From Chthoniobacterales bacterium (GTDB lineage Bacteria; Verrucomicrobiota; Verrucomicrobiia; Chthoniobacterales; Chthoniobacteraceae), in contig JBBQZX010000020.1 in assembly GCA_038207335.1 (NCBI GenBank), positions 1 through 64,000 on the forward strand: 64,000 nt of DNA, given 5' to 3'. Position numbers and translations under genes: made by a program. Shown piece by piece: positions 29,835 through 43,400 of the stretch. The notes beneath the pieces were generated by a model. That model was not told where the DNA came from. It ran no database searches and was given only the letters and a program-made list of their open reading frames with translations. Positions within the stretch are counted from its first letter, which is position 1. Every line of letters starts with the position of its first letter.

Positions 29835-31337
29835 CTACAGTGCTGCTACGCGCTTCAGTTCCGCGCTGGTGTCGATCGTTTCCACGAGCAGATTTCCCAC
29901 CGTCGGATTTGCCCGCGCGCGAATGAAAATCTGATACGAAAAGAGCCCGCGCAGCAGCGCGATACACCATTGATTCAGCCGCACGAGTGCGTGCCCGAGC
30001 GCGTTGTCGCCGAGCGCTTTGGGAAATGGCGCGGGAATTCCGCGCACCTCGAGCACTTGGTATCCAGTCTGCGCAAAAAGCTCGCGCAACGAGTTGAACG
30101 TGAAGAGGCGCGTGTGCGTCCGGTCAAGGATCCCCTTTCGTCCGTAGTTGAAATGTCCGAGGAAAAGCATCAGGCGCGTGACAAAAAATCCGATGTTCGC
30201 CGTGGTGAGAACGATCTCCGGACGCTTGCTTCCGGCAGCGGCGCGCAGCGTTTCCATGAAGACCTCCGGGTCGTGCAAATGCTCGATCACATCGAGCAGG
30301 AAGATCTGGTCAAACTGCGCCACATCGGTTGGGAATTCCGCCGAGTCGATGTCCCATTTTTTAAATTCAACACGTGGATCATTTGATACGCGTACGTATT
30401 GATCAACGCCGACCACGCGCGCGGCCGTCTTCGCCATTTCATCCGCCACGTACCCCTGCCCGCACCCGATATCGAGCACCGCCGCGCCCGGCTTTACCGC
30501 CTCCAGCGCCATCGTGTGCGACGACGCAAAACCCATTTTCAAATCGTATGTGAGTTCCACCTGCCCGACATCGAACTTACGATCGTAGAGCAGATTTTTC
30601 ACATGCAGCTTAGCGCGCAGCATCGTACGGAAGATGTCCCACGCGTATTTCAGCCCGTTCACGTGGCAGATTTCATCCCCGTAAAAAGTCGGGATCGGAA
30701 TCTCCTGGATCGTGAGCCCGGCGAAGTGCATCTGCACGATGATGTCCGTATCGAAGTGGAAATCGTTCGAGTTCCGCTCGAACGGAATCAGCCGCAGCGC
30801 GCGCGTCGAATAGAGTCGGTATCCGCTATGAAATTCGCTCAGCTTCGTGCCGAGCATCGCGTTCTGAAAGCCCGTCAGCACTTGATTCCCGACCCATTTG
30901 TATTTCGGCATCCCGCCTTTCAACGCGTCCGATTTGTGGATCATCCGCGACCCAAAAACCGCGCTTGCACCCGCCTCCGAAAAAAACGGCTCCAGCAAAT
31001 CCGGCAGCTTCTCGGGCGCGTACTGCCCATCACCATGGAGCAGCGCGACGACATCGAAGCCGTGATCGATAGCGTATCGGTATCCGAGTTTTTGGTTTCC
31101 GCCGTAGCCCTGATTCACCGGCGTCCGCAGGATCGTGATCTTGAACCCGCTCGTCGCCTCCTCGCGTTTCAAGCCGGTCTGAAACGTCGCGTCCTTCGAC
31201 GAATCGTCGATGATCAGCACCTCGACGTTTTCGCGATGCAGCACCGCCGGGATTCGGTCGAGCACGCTGTCGATCGTCTTCTCGGCGTTGTAGGCGACGA
31301 TGAAAATGAGGACGCGCTTGGCGGAAAAATCGATCAC
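29835..31337 (-). CDS. GT2 polyprenyl-phosphate glycosyltransferase (DPM1-like) fused to a class I SAM-dependent methyltransferase
   Basis: IVAYNAE, IIDDSSKD, NQGYGGNQK, LHGDGQY, FGSR, EFHSGYR; C-terminal VLDIGCGQG, LDVIEHL, GILDRTH; start GTG 31337 or upstream. Confidence 0.85.
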   Translation of the reverse strand: MIDFSAKRVLIFIVAYNAEKTIDSVLDRIPAVLHRENVEVLIIDDSSKDATFQTGLKREEATSGFKITILRTPVNQGYGGNQKLGYRYAIDHGFDVVALLHGDGQYAPEKLPDLLEPFFSEAGASAVFGSRMIHKSDALKGGMPKYKWVGNQVLTGFQNAMLGTKLSEFHSGYRLYSTRALRLIPFERNSNDFHFDTDIIVQMHFAGLTIQEIPIPTFYGDEICHVNGLKYAWDIFRTMLRAKLHVKNLLYDRKFDVGQVELTYDLKMGFASSHTMALEAVKPGAAVLDIGCGQGYVADEMAKTAARVVGVDQYVRVSNDPRVEFKKWDIDSAEFPTDVAQFDQIFLLDVIEHLHDPEVFMETLRAAAGSKRPEIVLTTANIGFFVTRLMLFLGHFNYGRKGILDRTHTRLFTFNSLRELFAQTGYQVLEVRGIPAPFPKALGDNALGHALVRLNQWCIALLRGLFSYQIFIRARANPTVGNLLVETIDTSAELKRVAAL

Positions 31338-31387
31338 GGCGCGGGAAAGTAGCTCACTTTCAAAACGAGTCGAGCCAGCAGGCGACT

Positions 31388-31426
31388 CGGCGGTTTGCAA
31401 CCGCCGTGGGCGATTCCAAATCGCCC
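31388..31426. repeat. Pair of related 8-bp hairpins (REP-like doublet) between the giant gene stop and the GT2 gene
   Basis: CGGCGGTT-TGC-AACCGCCG (31388-31406) and GGGCGATT-CCA-AATCGCCC (31408-31426). Confidence 0.65.
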
Positions 31427-31429
31427 CTC

Positions 31430-34400
31430 CTATGCACGACGGCGGAAGCGGCGCAAGCCGATGAGACCGCTGAGGCCGAGCAGGAGAGACATTCCGGTGC
31501 AGGGCTCGGGGACGGTGACCATGACGGCGATGTCGTTGCCACCGGTGAAGCCGCTGCCAGCCTGCGTGCCCGTCCAGTTGGCTGTGTAGGTAATCGTGCC
31601 GGAGAAGCCGCTGCCGAGACTGACGGTCGCACCTTGAGCAGCGTTGCTGAAGAACGTGCTATAGGCGCCGCTGTCCGAGCGGTTGACGAAATAGTAGATG
31701 CTGCCGATCGGAACGCTCGTGCCGGAGACGATCGAGAGCGATAGGGTCGCAGTGCTGTCGAGGCTGATGCCGGCGAAGGTGCTGGTCTCATTCACTTGGC
31801 TGTAGAAGCCCGCGCCGTCGCCGGGCGTGTTGCCGCCGACGGTGAGCGTCAGGTTCGAGTTCGCGCCGAAGGTGAGCGTGTCGGTGATTTCCAGCGTGCC
31901 GGGGCTCGTCGTGCTGTCGCCGGGCGCGAGCTTGCCGCTGGCGTTGACATTCACCGCACCGAAGACCGTGCCGCTGCCGCGCAGCGTGCCGGCGACATCG
32001 ACCGTCCCGGAGATGGAGCCGCTCGCGAGCACCACGGCGGTCGCGCCGCCGCCGACTTTCAAGTTGCCCCCGAAGCCACCACCCGCGCCGCTGAACGTTA
32101 CACGGCCTCCCTGCTGATCGACGGTGCCGTTGAGCACCGAGTCGCCGACCGCGAGCGTCCCTCCGCTGCTCGGATTGAGCTGGACATAGGTGCCGGGATT
32201 CGAGGTGAGCGTCGCGGCGGCGATGGTCGCGCCAGTCGCGATGTCGAGGGCGACAGGGGTCGGTGCGTTGCCTCCGAGGATCGAGAGATTGTCGGTGTCG
32301 CTGGCTCCGGCGTTCGTCACGTTGAGCGCGGTGAAAAGCCCATTCAGTCGCACGTCGGAGATCATGCTGAAGCCGCCCGCATTCAGCGTGGTGCCGCTGG
32401 CGAGATCGATGACACCTTTCCCGCCGACGGGCGTGACGAAGAGGCTACCCGTCCCGTCGTCGATCGGCTTGATGTAATCCGCGCCATCAAGCGCGCCGAT
32501 GCCGTTTTTGTAGCCGAGGCCGTAATTCACGCCGAAGCCGCTGCCGGCGATCGGACCCGCGCCGCCGGTGCCATTGGCCATGCGGAGTTCGATCAAATGC
32601 CAGCCATCGCCGCGACCGGGGAGCGTGACGCCGGGGCCGAAATTCTGCGTCGGTGTGCCCGCGTTCGCGCCTGCCGTGGTCGTTGTGGTGCTCGCGCCGA
32701 CCGCGTAGGCGGTGCTCACGGCGCGGTTCCCTCCGCCGTGCGCGAGGTCGCTCAGGACGAGATTGCCATCCACCCAGATGGCCACGCGGTCGTCGATGTT
32801 TTCGGCGAAAGAGAAGACGCCGTCGTCGTCCTTCACGTAACCGGTGTAGGTCCAGAGTTCGTTGTCGAGGTGGCCGGTGATCGCGCTCTGCGTGACCGCA
32901 TTCGTCTGGAACATGCGGGGCTGTAGGCGGATGCCGAAGTTTCCGGGGTTCACGGGACGCGCAGCGCTGACGTCGATCGCGGACGTGGCCGCGACGTAGC
33001 CCTCGAGCAATCCGGGCGCGTAGGTCAGCGAGGTGCCTGCGATGGTGCCGGTGACGGTCGCCGTGCCGCCAGACACGCGCACGGTGCCGCTGTTGGAAAT
33101 ATTGCCGTTATGCGTGAGCGAGGCGTTGGTCCCGTCGAGTTCGAGGACGGCGTTGATCGCAGCGACCGGGTTCGTGGTCGCGCTCGGGGCGGTCGCTGCC
33201 GTACCGTTCACGCGGATGGTCGCGGCGCTCGTGGCGGGGGCGGTCGGCGCGAGGCGGAGGGTACCGCTCTGGACGTCGAGCGTTGCCGCCGCGGCGAGAT
33301 TGGAGCCGGTGACCCGGACCGTATTTGCGCCGCCGCCGACCGGACCGGCGACTCGCAGAACGCCGCCCGTCACGCTGCCCGCGAGGGTGAGTTGCTGGCC
33401 GCTGGTCACGTAGATGCCCGATCCCGAGAAGCCCCCGGCCGCCGAGATTGTCGCCGCGCCGCCGGTAGCGCCGACCTGGCCGTTGTTCACAAACGTCCCA
33501 GCACTGATCGTCGTCGAGCTGCTGACAGCGAGCGCGCCGGGCAGGTTACCTTCGTTCGGATCCACGGAGAACGCCCCGACATTCAGGATTTTGCTGGCGG
33601 GTGTGATGTAAAAGCCGCCGACTTTGAACGCCGGGAAATCGACGGTGGTGGGCGTGAACGCCGCGACTTGGTTTGGAGCGCCGACGGTGTTGAAAGTGTG
33701 CCCCGTGGTGCGCCCCGCCGCCCCGGCGACGCCGAAGCTCGCGGTGCCGGAGAAGGCGTCGATCGTGAGCCCGACGGTACCGCGTTTAATGAGCGTGCCG
33801 GTGCCGTCGAGCGTGCCGACGCGCAGCGTGAAGGTGTTGCCGTTCGTAAGGTTGAGCGCGGAGTCGCCGGTGACGTTCAGGTTGTTGATCGTGTGCGTGA
33901 GCCCGGTGTTCGCGGTCGAGCGATCGACGTTGATCGTCGAGCCCGCGGTCAGGTTCACGACGTTCGCGAAAGTCTGCGCCGTGTCGCTGCGCAACGTGAG
34001 CGTGCCGCCCGCGAGATTGACCGTCGCGCTGCCGAGCGCACTGCCGCTAGTAGCCGGCTGCGATATGAGGTTCACGTTGTTGTTCACCGCGATCGCGCCC
34101 GTGTAGGTGTTCGCCGGATTCGAGAGAAGCAGCGTGCCGGTCGTGCTGGTGAGCGCCGGGCCGGAGACGTTGAGATTTCCCGCGCCGGAGACGAGGCCCG
34201 AGATCGTGATCTGGCGCGCCGTGTTGCCGATGTAGAACTCGGAGACGTTCACGCGGCTGTTCGCGGCGACATCGACATTCCCCGCGAAGGTCGGATTGGC
34301 AATGGTGACGCCGAGCGTGCCACCGTTCAACTTCAGGCTTCCGGTGATCGTCGCGAGGCCGAGCAGCGTGCCGCCGGTCTGGATGTCGGTGACGTGATTC

Positions 34401-37400
34401 GAGAGGCCGAGGACGCCCGCGGTGTCGGCGCGGACGACGCCACCGAGGATGTGCAGGACCTCGGTCGGCGTCGCGGGATTCGCGCCGAAGTTCGTCGAGC
34501 CGCTCATGCTCACGATGCCCGGCCCCGTTTTGATGAGGCCGCCGGACGGGACGCTGGCGATCGTCGAGTTGAAGACGATCCCAAACGGCGACGAGCCGCT
34601 GACATCGAACGTCGAAGTCGTGCCGGTGCTCGGCGCGAAGTTCACGGTGAGCACACCATTGCCGGCGACTTCTCTCGTGATGTTGTCGTTCACCACGGTG
34701 ATCGGCTGCGGGTCGGTCAGCGTCACAGTGCCGGCAGTCGCGCCGCCGAATGCGAGCTGTGTCGTCGAGGCGCCAGTGCCATTCAGAAAGACCTTTTTCA
34801 GCGTCTGGCTGAACCCGGTCGCGGAGAACCCGAACGTCCCGCCGCCATTGATCGTGAGCGTGGAGCCGGCGGCGATTTGATCGGACTTCGCAAGCGTGAG
34901 CGTGCCGCCGTTGATCTCGACATCGCCCGCGAGAGCGGTGCCGGCGGTCGTGCGGTTCAGCGTGAGCGTGCCGTTATCCACGAAAGTTTTGCCGGTGAAT
35001 GTGTTGTCGCCAGTGAGCGTCAGGCTCGCGCCACCCGTTTTCACCAAGCTGACCGTACCACCGTTGTCCACGATCGGCGTCGCGATCGTGATGGTGTTCT
35101 GGGCATTCGTGACAAACAGCTCCGGCCCGCCGGAGGTCAGCCCTCCCGTGCCGTTGATCGTCATGGCCTGGTTGACGTTCGCCAAAATGCCGCCCGTCCC
35201 GACCGTGAGCAGTCCGTTCAGCGTGATCGTCTGGGCGGCAGCCGGTGAGAGCTTCAGCGAGTTGATCGTCTTCGCCGCAGCCACGGTGCGCGCGGCGCCG
35301 TTGTCGTTCACGTTGTCGGTCGACACCGCGTTCGTGATGTCGGTGGTCGTGTAGTTCACGAACCCGCCATTGAGATTCGAGACGGTGCTGACGCCCTGAC
35401 CGTCCTTGTAAGTCAGGAAGTTATTGCCATCCGTCGCCCAGCCGCCGATGAGGCCATTGACGAGGCTGGCTTGGCTGAATGCGGAGCCGTTCAGGTTGTT
35501 GATGAACACCCGCGGATTCGTCGAGGTCGTGCCGGGATTGCCCAGCGTGCCGCCGCCCGTGACGTTTAAAGTGCTGGCTTGGATGAACGCGATGGCGCCA
35601 GCGGTGCGGTTAAAATTGTTGATCGTGAGTTCCGCGCTCGTGCTCTGGCCGGAGCCGACCGAAATGATCGAGCCGCCCTTTTGCAGGTTCAGCGTGTTAA
35701 TGGTCTGCGCCGCCGCGTCGCGGCCACCGATCAGGTTGATGTTCGCGTTGCCAAAAGTATTCACCGTCGCGGTCGGCGAGAGCCGGTCGGTGCGGACGCC
35801 GCCGGTGGAGCCGATGCCGGTGTTGTCGATCTCGAGCGTCCCTTGGGTGAAAATGTTGATGTTCTGCGAGGCGGTGAGGCGTCCATCGTCGCGCAGGCGG
35901 AGCGTGCCTGAGCGGATGAAAGTGTCGCCGGTGTAGTCGTTCGCACGCGTCAGCGTCAGCGCGTTTGCCCCGCTGTTCGCGCCCGCCTTCGTGAGTGAAA
36001 TCGCGCCGCCGATGTTGCCAGCAAAGACTTCGTTCCCGGAGTTGGTCTGTACGGTGACGCTCGCCGCCGCGGCGCTGGTCAGCACGCCCGCATTGATCGC
36101 GGAGGAGGAGTTGCTGTTCGCGAGGTTGCCGTTCGAGATGAGCGTGCTGAAAATTTGCGACTTGCCTGCGAGGTCGAGCATTCCGCCGTTCAGGTTCAGC
36201 CGCAAGCCGGTGAAGTTGAAGGCGTTCGCCGCAGTCGGCTGGGCGACGTAGAAGCTGTTCTGGCCCGCGCCTCCACCGAGCACGACCGTGCCTTCGTTGA
36301 TTGTGATATTTCCCTGCATCAGGCTGACCGCGCCCGGGCCGAGCGTGAGCGTCCCGGGGCCGTTTTTGTTGAAGCCGTTGTTGCTGTTGAGCCCGGCATT
36401 CACCGTGAGGTCGCCCTGCGCGTAGAAGTAGAAAGGCGTGTTGTTCGTCGTGTTGCCGAGATACGGCGCAGTGATCGCGCTGGAATTGCCCGCCGGCACG
36501 AGGATGCCGCCAGTCTGCACGATGAAGCGCGCGGGGTTCACCGAGAAGGGCGTGAAGCCGTTCGCGGTGATGGACGAGCCGTTCAGCAAGGTGAGCGAGG
36601 CGACGCTCGTCGCGCCGCCGTTCAGCACGAGGGGGTTGCTCAGTTTCAGGTTGAGCGAGCGAGCGTCGTTGGCGGTCACGAACGTCGCGCGGGCGTACTC
36701 GGAGTCGTTCAAAAGGCGGACGCCGCTCGTGAGCGAATCCTGCGTGACGAAGCCGGTGCCCGTGCCCGTGAGGCTCGTGTCGCCGAGGATGTCCGGGCGC
36801 ATCGGCACAAGCGCCGTGCCGATTGAGCCGACGAAATTCCCGCCGCCGAGCGCGTTGGGGCTCACGTTGCTGGCGTTGTTGCTCCACAGGTTCGCGGCGG
36901 TCGTCGCGCGGATGATTCCATTCACGCCCGCCGCCGGCGTTGTTGCGCCGGTCGTGTAATTTTGCACGGGGAGCGCCGCGGCGAGGCTCGGGCTGCGGAA
37001 GACGAAAGTCGCGCCGTTGCCCCCCTGCTGCGAGTTGTTGAATTGCGTGAAATTCAACTCCGTCTGGCCGCCCGCGCTCGCATCGACGGTGACGAACGCA
37101 TTGCCGCCGATGGTCGAAAGCTGGAGCTGGCCGAGCGATTCGGTCACTGCAGCCGTGGCGTTGCCGACGAGTTTAAATTCGCCGCCGGGCAGGGTCAGGT
37201 TTTTCGTCGTCCCGCCGAGGCGGTTGCTGACCGCATTCGCCGCCGCGCCGGAGTTGTCGAGGAGCAGCGTGCCGCCTTTTTGCGCCGCGTACGTCGCGAA
37301 GGCCGCGTTGCCCGCGCCGGAGAATGCCGCGGTGCCGTTGTAGACATTCATCGTGCCGGTCGAGGTGCTCGTCCCGGTAAAATCCGCGCGCCCGGCGCCG

Positions 37401-40400
37401 AGCTTGCCGATCGTCACCTGCTGGCTGCCGCTATTTGAAAAAACGCCGTTGAACGTGAAGTCCGCGCCGCCGTAACCGATGTGCAGCGCGGCGGCGTTGT
37501 TGCCGATCACCGCGCCGTTGCCGGTGAGCGCGCCCATGATTTCCGCCGTGCCGTTGTTGATGAGCAGCGTGGAGCCGGTGCCGGGGATGATGCCGTTGCC
37601 CGCGAGATTCGTGGCCGCGGCCGGGAGGTCGAGGCTCTTCGTGTCGGGGTAAACATTGACACCTTGGAAGGAGAGCTGCGCGCCGGGCTGGATGACGAGA
37701 TTCCCCGCAATTCGGTTGGAGTTGCTCGCATTGAGCTGCACCGCGCCGAGCTTCGCGATTCCGTCGATGGTCTGAGCCGAGCCGATGTTCACATTCGCCC
37801 CCACAGGCACGTCGATGTCGTCGCCGACGTTGAAATACGCACCCGATGAACTGGCGATGGTCGCGCCGTTGTTCAGGATGATCCGCCCGCCGTATCCGCC
37901 CGAGTTCACCGCGCGGCTATCGACGTTGTCGTTGGTCAAGATGCCGCCCGCACCCAGCACGATGTTGTCCGGCTCGACGAGCGTGGTCATCGGGTTCGTC
38001 GGGCTGGTCAGCGTGCGGTTGCCGTTGAAAATCTGAATCATCGCGGCGCTGCCATTCGGCTCGGAGAGCACGGCTTGGTTGAAGCGGAAGACGTTGTCGA
38101 TGTCGTATCGGACGATGACGCCCGGCTCATAAACGATCTGCCCCTGGTTGATGATGCCCGTGTTCGTGCCGCCGAAGAGGAGACCGCCCGAGCCGAGCAG
38201 CGCCTGCGCGTTGCCGAGGTGCAGGACGGAGCCGGTCTTCATCGTGACCGTCCCGGGTGCCGCCGAGCCGAAGCCGGAGGCGTCGTTGAGCAGGAGTCGG
38301 CCACCCGCCTCGATCGTCGTCTGGCCATTGATCGGGCTGAGCAGCGGATAGGCGAAGCCGACGGGCATGTTCGCCGCGAGACCGACGTTGACGAAGCCGC
38401 CCGGATCGGCGGTGCCGCCCGCCTGGACGAGCAGCTTGCCGACATTGCTCCCGGAGCCGAAAGACGCGCTTTTCGTCGGCTGAATCTGGGAGCCCGACGA
38501 CACGACGAACGTGATATTCGGCGAGATGGAGACGGCGGTGTCCTCGTTCATGATCACCGTGCCGGTGACCAGCGCGTTGATCGGACGGCCTGCGTTGTTG
38601 ACGATCGAGTAGGAGCCGGCGGCGTTGGTGACTCCGAGATTGACCGCGACGGCGGCGCCCGCGCGGTAGGTGCCCTGCAGCTCAAAGTCGCTGTTTGCAA
38701 AAATGGTGCCGGTCGTGAACGTCATGCCCGGAGCGCCCGCGGAAAAGCCGCGCCACGGCGTGCCCGTGCCGACGGTCACGCTCGTGAGCGAGCCGGTCGT
38801 GGCGTTGACGTTGAGGTAAAGGTCGGCGTCGGTGCCTAGGTTGTTGATGTTGTTCGTCGTGCCGAGGTCCACGTTCGTCCCGGCCTGGACGCGGACGACA
38901 GCGCCCGGCGCGAGCTTGATCTGTCCGCCGGCGGTGAAGGGGCTGGCGAGCGGGATGCGGGTGAGGGAATTGAGCCCCTGGTTCGCGACGGTGGTCTGGC
39001 CGGTGACGTTCGAGCCGGCTCCGAGTTCGAAGCGATCCGTCGCATTCGTGAATGCCGCGGCGGCGTTGAGATAAAGTTCCGACACGTCCGAGAGCGTATA
39101 GACCGCGCTGCCCGCCGCGGGATTCGCCGCGCCGGTCGCGACCGCCCCGGGGGCGCGCACCTCGATGACGCCCGCTTTCACGACCACGCCGCCCGTGCCG
39201 AGCCCTCCCGCGGCGAGGGCATTCACGCGCCCCTGCGTGATGAATGTGCCGCCGGAGTAGGAGTTTGCGGTGCCGGAATTGATCTGGAAGGTGCCGGTCA
39301 AATCCTTCACGAGGGTCACAGCCTGCCCGTTGTTGTCCGCGATATTGGAGAAAATCTCCATGATCGAGGCGCTGTTCTGGTGGATGAAAAGCTCGCGGGG
39401 CACCGCGTTGCCCGCCACCGGGCCCGCGGTGACAACACCGCGCACCGTCGCGGTGCCGATCGTGCGGGTAAAATTCTGATTGTCGGAAACGATGCCGCCG
39501 CTCTCGATGAAGAGCCGGTCCGTGCCACCGGTGAAATTGAGCACCTGGGCGGCAGCCGCATTCAGCTTCAGCGCGGCGGCGGAGGTGTCTCCGGCAGGCA
39601 GAGTGAACGTGGCGTTGCTCTGCGCATTCACGCCGGTTCCGAAAGTATTTGCCGCGCCGTAAGTCGCCGCCGTCACTCCAGTCGTGGTGTTGTAAGCGAG
39701 GAAGTCGTTGCCGAAGACGGTCCCCCATCCCCCGAGGAGAGTGAGACCGGCTGGAGGCGTGCCGGCGATGTTGTTGAAAAAAACGCGCGTCGTGTTGTTG
39801 GCCGGCGCTGCTCCCAACGTGCCCAAATTTCCTCCGATGCGGAGCGTTGAGCCGACGGTCCGGGTGAGGTCCGCAAACGTCATGACCGCCTGCGCGTTGG
39901 TCGGGTTGGTCACGTTGACATCCGCGTTCACAAAGCTCTGCCCAAGCCCGAGATTCAGTGTGCCAAAGGTTTCCGTCGAAGTCTGGCCGGTGAATGCGAC
40001 AAGGTTGATCCCGCCGCCCCGCAGCGTGATCGGCGCCGCGTCGTTGATCCGGTTCGCGGAGTTCACTTGCGGAAAACCGCCGATGCGAGTGATGCCGAGT
40101 GACGCGTTGTTTTGCAGCGTGAGTTGCCCATTTTGCTCGATCGCGATCGCGGCGACGTTCGCCAGCGCGCCGTTCGACCGAAGCTCCACGAAGCCGCCCT
40201 GCGCGCCGATGCTGAGATTTCCCGCGAAGTCGCTCGAGCTGCCGAGGTAGAGCACGCCGAAGCCGCTCTTCGTCAAAGTCGTCCCCGCCGCGCCGGTCAG
40301 GCTGTTGGCTTTCGAGGAAAATGCGAGGCCGTTTGCGCCGTTGGTAATCGCCGGGACATCGATCGCGCCGCCGCCCGCGCCGATCGTGACGGTGCGCGTC

Positions 40401-43400
40401 GTGTCGGCCGGGAGGACGTATCCGAGGAGCGAAAAGTTCGCGCCCGCGCTGCCGGAGGTCTGCGCGAGGCGGAGCGTACCGCCGTTCGTGAGCGTGATGC
40501 CGTTGGTCGCGGAGCCGTCGCCCAGCGAGTTGGAATTCGTGAATTGCAGCGTGCCGCCGTCGATCGTGAGCGCGCCGGAATTCGTGCTCGCCGCGACGCG
40601 CGTGAGATCGACGATGCCGCCCGCCTTCACGTTCACCGCATTCGCGCCGGAGAGCCCCTGCGTGAGCGACAGAATATTTTGCAGCGCCCCGCCGCCGAAG
40701 GTGCCGCCGAAATTGTAGGCACCCGCGTTCGGCGTGATCGTCCCAGAATACGTGACGAGGCCGTTGGCGCCGAGGCTGACGTTCTGCCCACCGTTGGCGA
40801 AATTGAGCGCGGTTGCGCTGTTCCCCGTGAGCACGAGCGCACCACCGGAGCCGGACGCAATCCGATCGACGAGATTTTGACCCGAGGGATATCCCGCAAT
40901 GACTGCGGTGCCCGCCGGCGCCGTGATCGAGGTGCCTGCGCCCGGGTCGGAGTTGAACTTGAACGCTTTCCCCGCCGGGATGCTCTGCACGAGGCCGGTC
41001 TGCGTCCCGTTGAAACCGATCGCGCCGGAATTCCAGGTGATCGTCGGCAGAACGTTGTTCACGTCGTAGTCGTAAATGAATGCACCGGTGCCGTTCTTGA
41101 TGATCGCGGAGACGCCGGGCGCCGAGCCGATGCTCACGTCGCCCACGCCGTCGATGGTCAGCGTATTTCCACCGCCGATCGACGCCGCGCGGATGAATCC
41201 CGCCGAGCGAATCGTCGCATCGCCCGTGAGCGCGATCCCGCCGAGCGTCTGCGTGCCGCCGAGCGAACGGATGGCGCCCGGGGATACGAGGCCGGTGGCG
41301 ATCCCATTGCCAGCGATCGTGAGATCCTCGCCACCCGTGATATTTCCCAAAAGCTGGAGCTGCGCGCCGCTGGCGACAGTCGTGATATTTCCCGCCCCCG
41401 CCGCGCCGAGCGAACCGCGGAATTGCACGGTACCCGCGTTAATGGCGGTAATCCCAGTGTAGGAGTTGTTCGCGCCGGCCAGGACGACGGTTTTTCCGGC
41501 CGTGTTGATCGTGAGTCCGCCCGCGCCGCCGAGGCTCGGCAGGATCGTCCCGGCGGTCAGCGTTGAACCGCCGAGGTTAGTCACATTCAGCGTGCCGGAG
41601 CCGAAAATCGCGCCGCCCGACATGGCGAGGGTGCCGATCGTCTCGGTGTTGCCGTTGAGATTGATGAAGCCATTTTGCAGCGTGACCGTCGCGGTGTCGG
41701 CGATTTGCTCGCCGCGGCGGATATCGACATTGAAGACGAGGTCGGAATTCCCCGCGTTCGGATCGGCATTCGCCGTCGGCACGTTCACCGTGAGGTTGCC
41801 GGAAATCGCATTACCGCCGCCGGAGACATTATTGAGCACCAACTGGCCTTTGCTCACCGTCGTCAGGCCGGTGTAGGTGTTCGCGTTTCCAAAAGTGACG
41901 CGCCCGGGGCCGTTCAACGTCAGGCCTTGAGCCCCGCCGGTGATCGCGCCGGTGTAGTTCACGTTCAGGACGTTCGCAGTTAAAGTCGCGGTGCCCGTGC
42001 CGGAAAGTGCGCTCGTGCCGGAAACGGTGACGCCGAGCAGCGGGGTAACGCCCTGGTTGTTGAGGCCGACATTCAGCGTAGAGCCGCCGGCCAGCGAGAC
42101 GGAGGTCGCGACCGCGTCGTCGATGACATCGACACTGCTCGTGCCCGAGACGGCGGCGATGTCGCCGATATTCGTAACGACCGTGCCGGTGGTCACCTGC
42201 CCCGGAGTCGAGCCGAGCAGCACGCTGGCGTTGCCGGTGTCCGGGCCGGAGTAGTTCATCACGAAGCCCGCGCCGCCGGTCCCCTGCCCGTACTTGATGA
42301 TGATATTATGCGGCCCCGCGGAGAGCGTGACCGGCGTGTTCGCGCCAGTGATAAAACCGTGCCCACCGTCGTTGTTCGAGACGATGGCTCCGTCGATCCA
42401 CACGACCGTGCCGTCGTCGCTCGTCGGGATGAAGGTGTAGCTGCCCGTATTCGCGATGTTCACCACACCTTTGTAAGCCGCGCCAGTATTCGTCCCCCAC
42501 GAGAAGCCCTGCACCCCGGCTCCGCCCGGCACCGGCTCAAAACCACCGGCCTGATTCCCCACGTTGATCGACGGATCGATCTGCGAAACGATCCACGGAT
42601 TCGCAGAGCCCGGCTGCCCGCTCGTGAGCTGGTAATAGCCGTAGCGGTATTCGTTCACCACGTTTGCGACCGCGAAGCCAAGATTAGCGTAGAAAGCGTT
42701 GAGCCCGTTGACGTTTGCCCCGGAAACCGCGCCGTTCTGGTAGGCAAAGCGCGCAGTGCCGCCCGTGAGACTGATCGCGCCCGCGCCGCGGGAAAGTGTC
42801 GAGTTCATCGCCAGCGTGACATTAGTCGGCACCGAGAACGCACCCGTGTATCCCGAATTGTCGCCGCTCAAAGTGAGCGTCGCTGCAGTCGTACCTGTCG
42901 TGAGCGCGAGATTTCCCGAGCCGGAAATCGGCCCGGTGATCGCGCCGCTCTGGCTGACCGTGTCATACCAGTTCTTGAGCTGGATCGTGGCGTTGCCGGC
43001 AGCCATGATCGGCGACGCATACACTCCCCCGGCGCCGTTGTGAAAGCCAAGGATCGATCCGGCGTTCGCGGTGACTGGCTGCGAATTGGTCACGCCCGTC
43101 GCGACGGAAAATGTCGCGCCACTGTTGACCGTCACGGTCTGCCCGGCGGTGTTGCCGAGCGCGGTGTTGTTGCGGAGTTCGAAGACGCCGGCGCTAACAA
43201 CGGTGTTGCCGGTGAAGCCAGTATTCGAACCGACGATATCCAGCAGCGTGCCGCCCACCGTCAGCGTCGCCGCGCCGGTGAGTTGCCCGTTGTTCTGAAG
43301 CCGAATATTCCCGGTGATCGCGCCTCCGCCCGCCCCAATATTGAACGAGTGCCCGGCTGTCAGGATGATCTGCGGGCCAGTATTTCCCGCCGCCGCGCCA

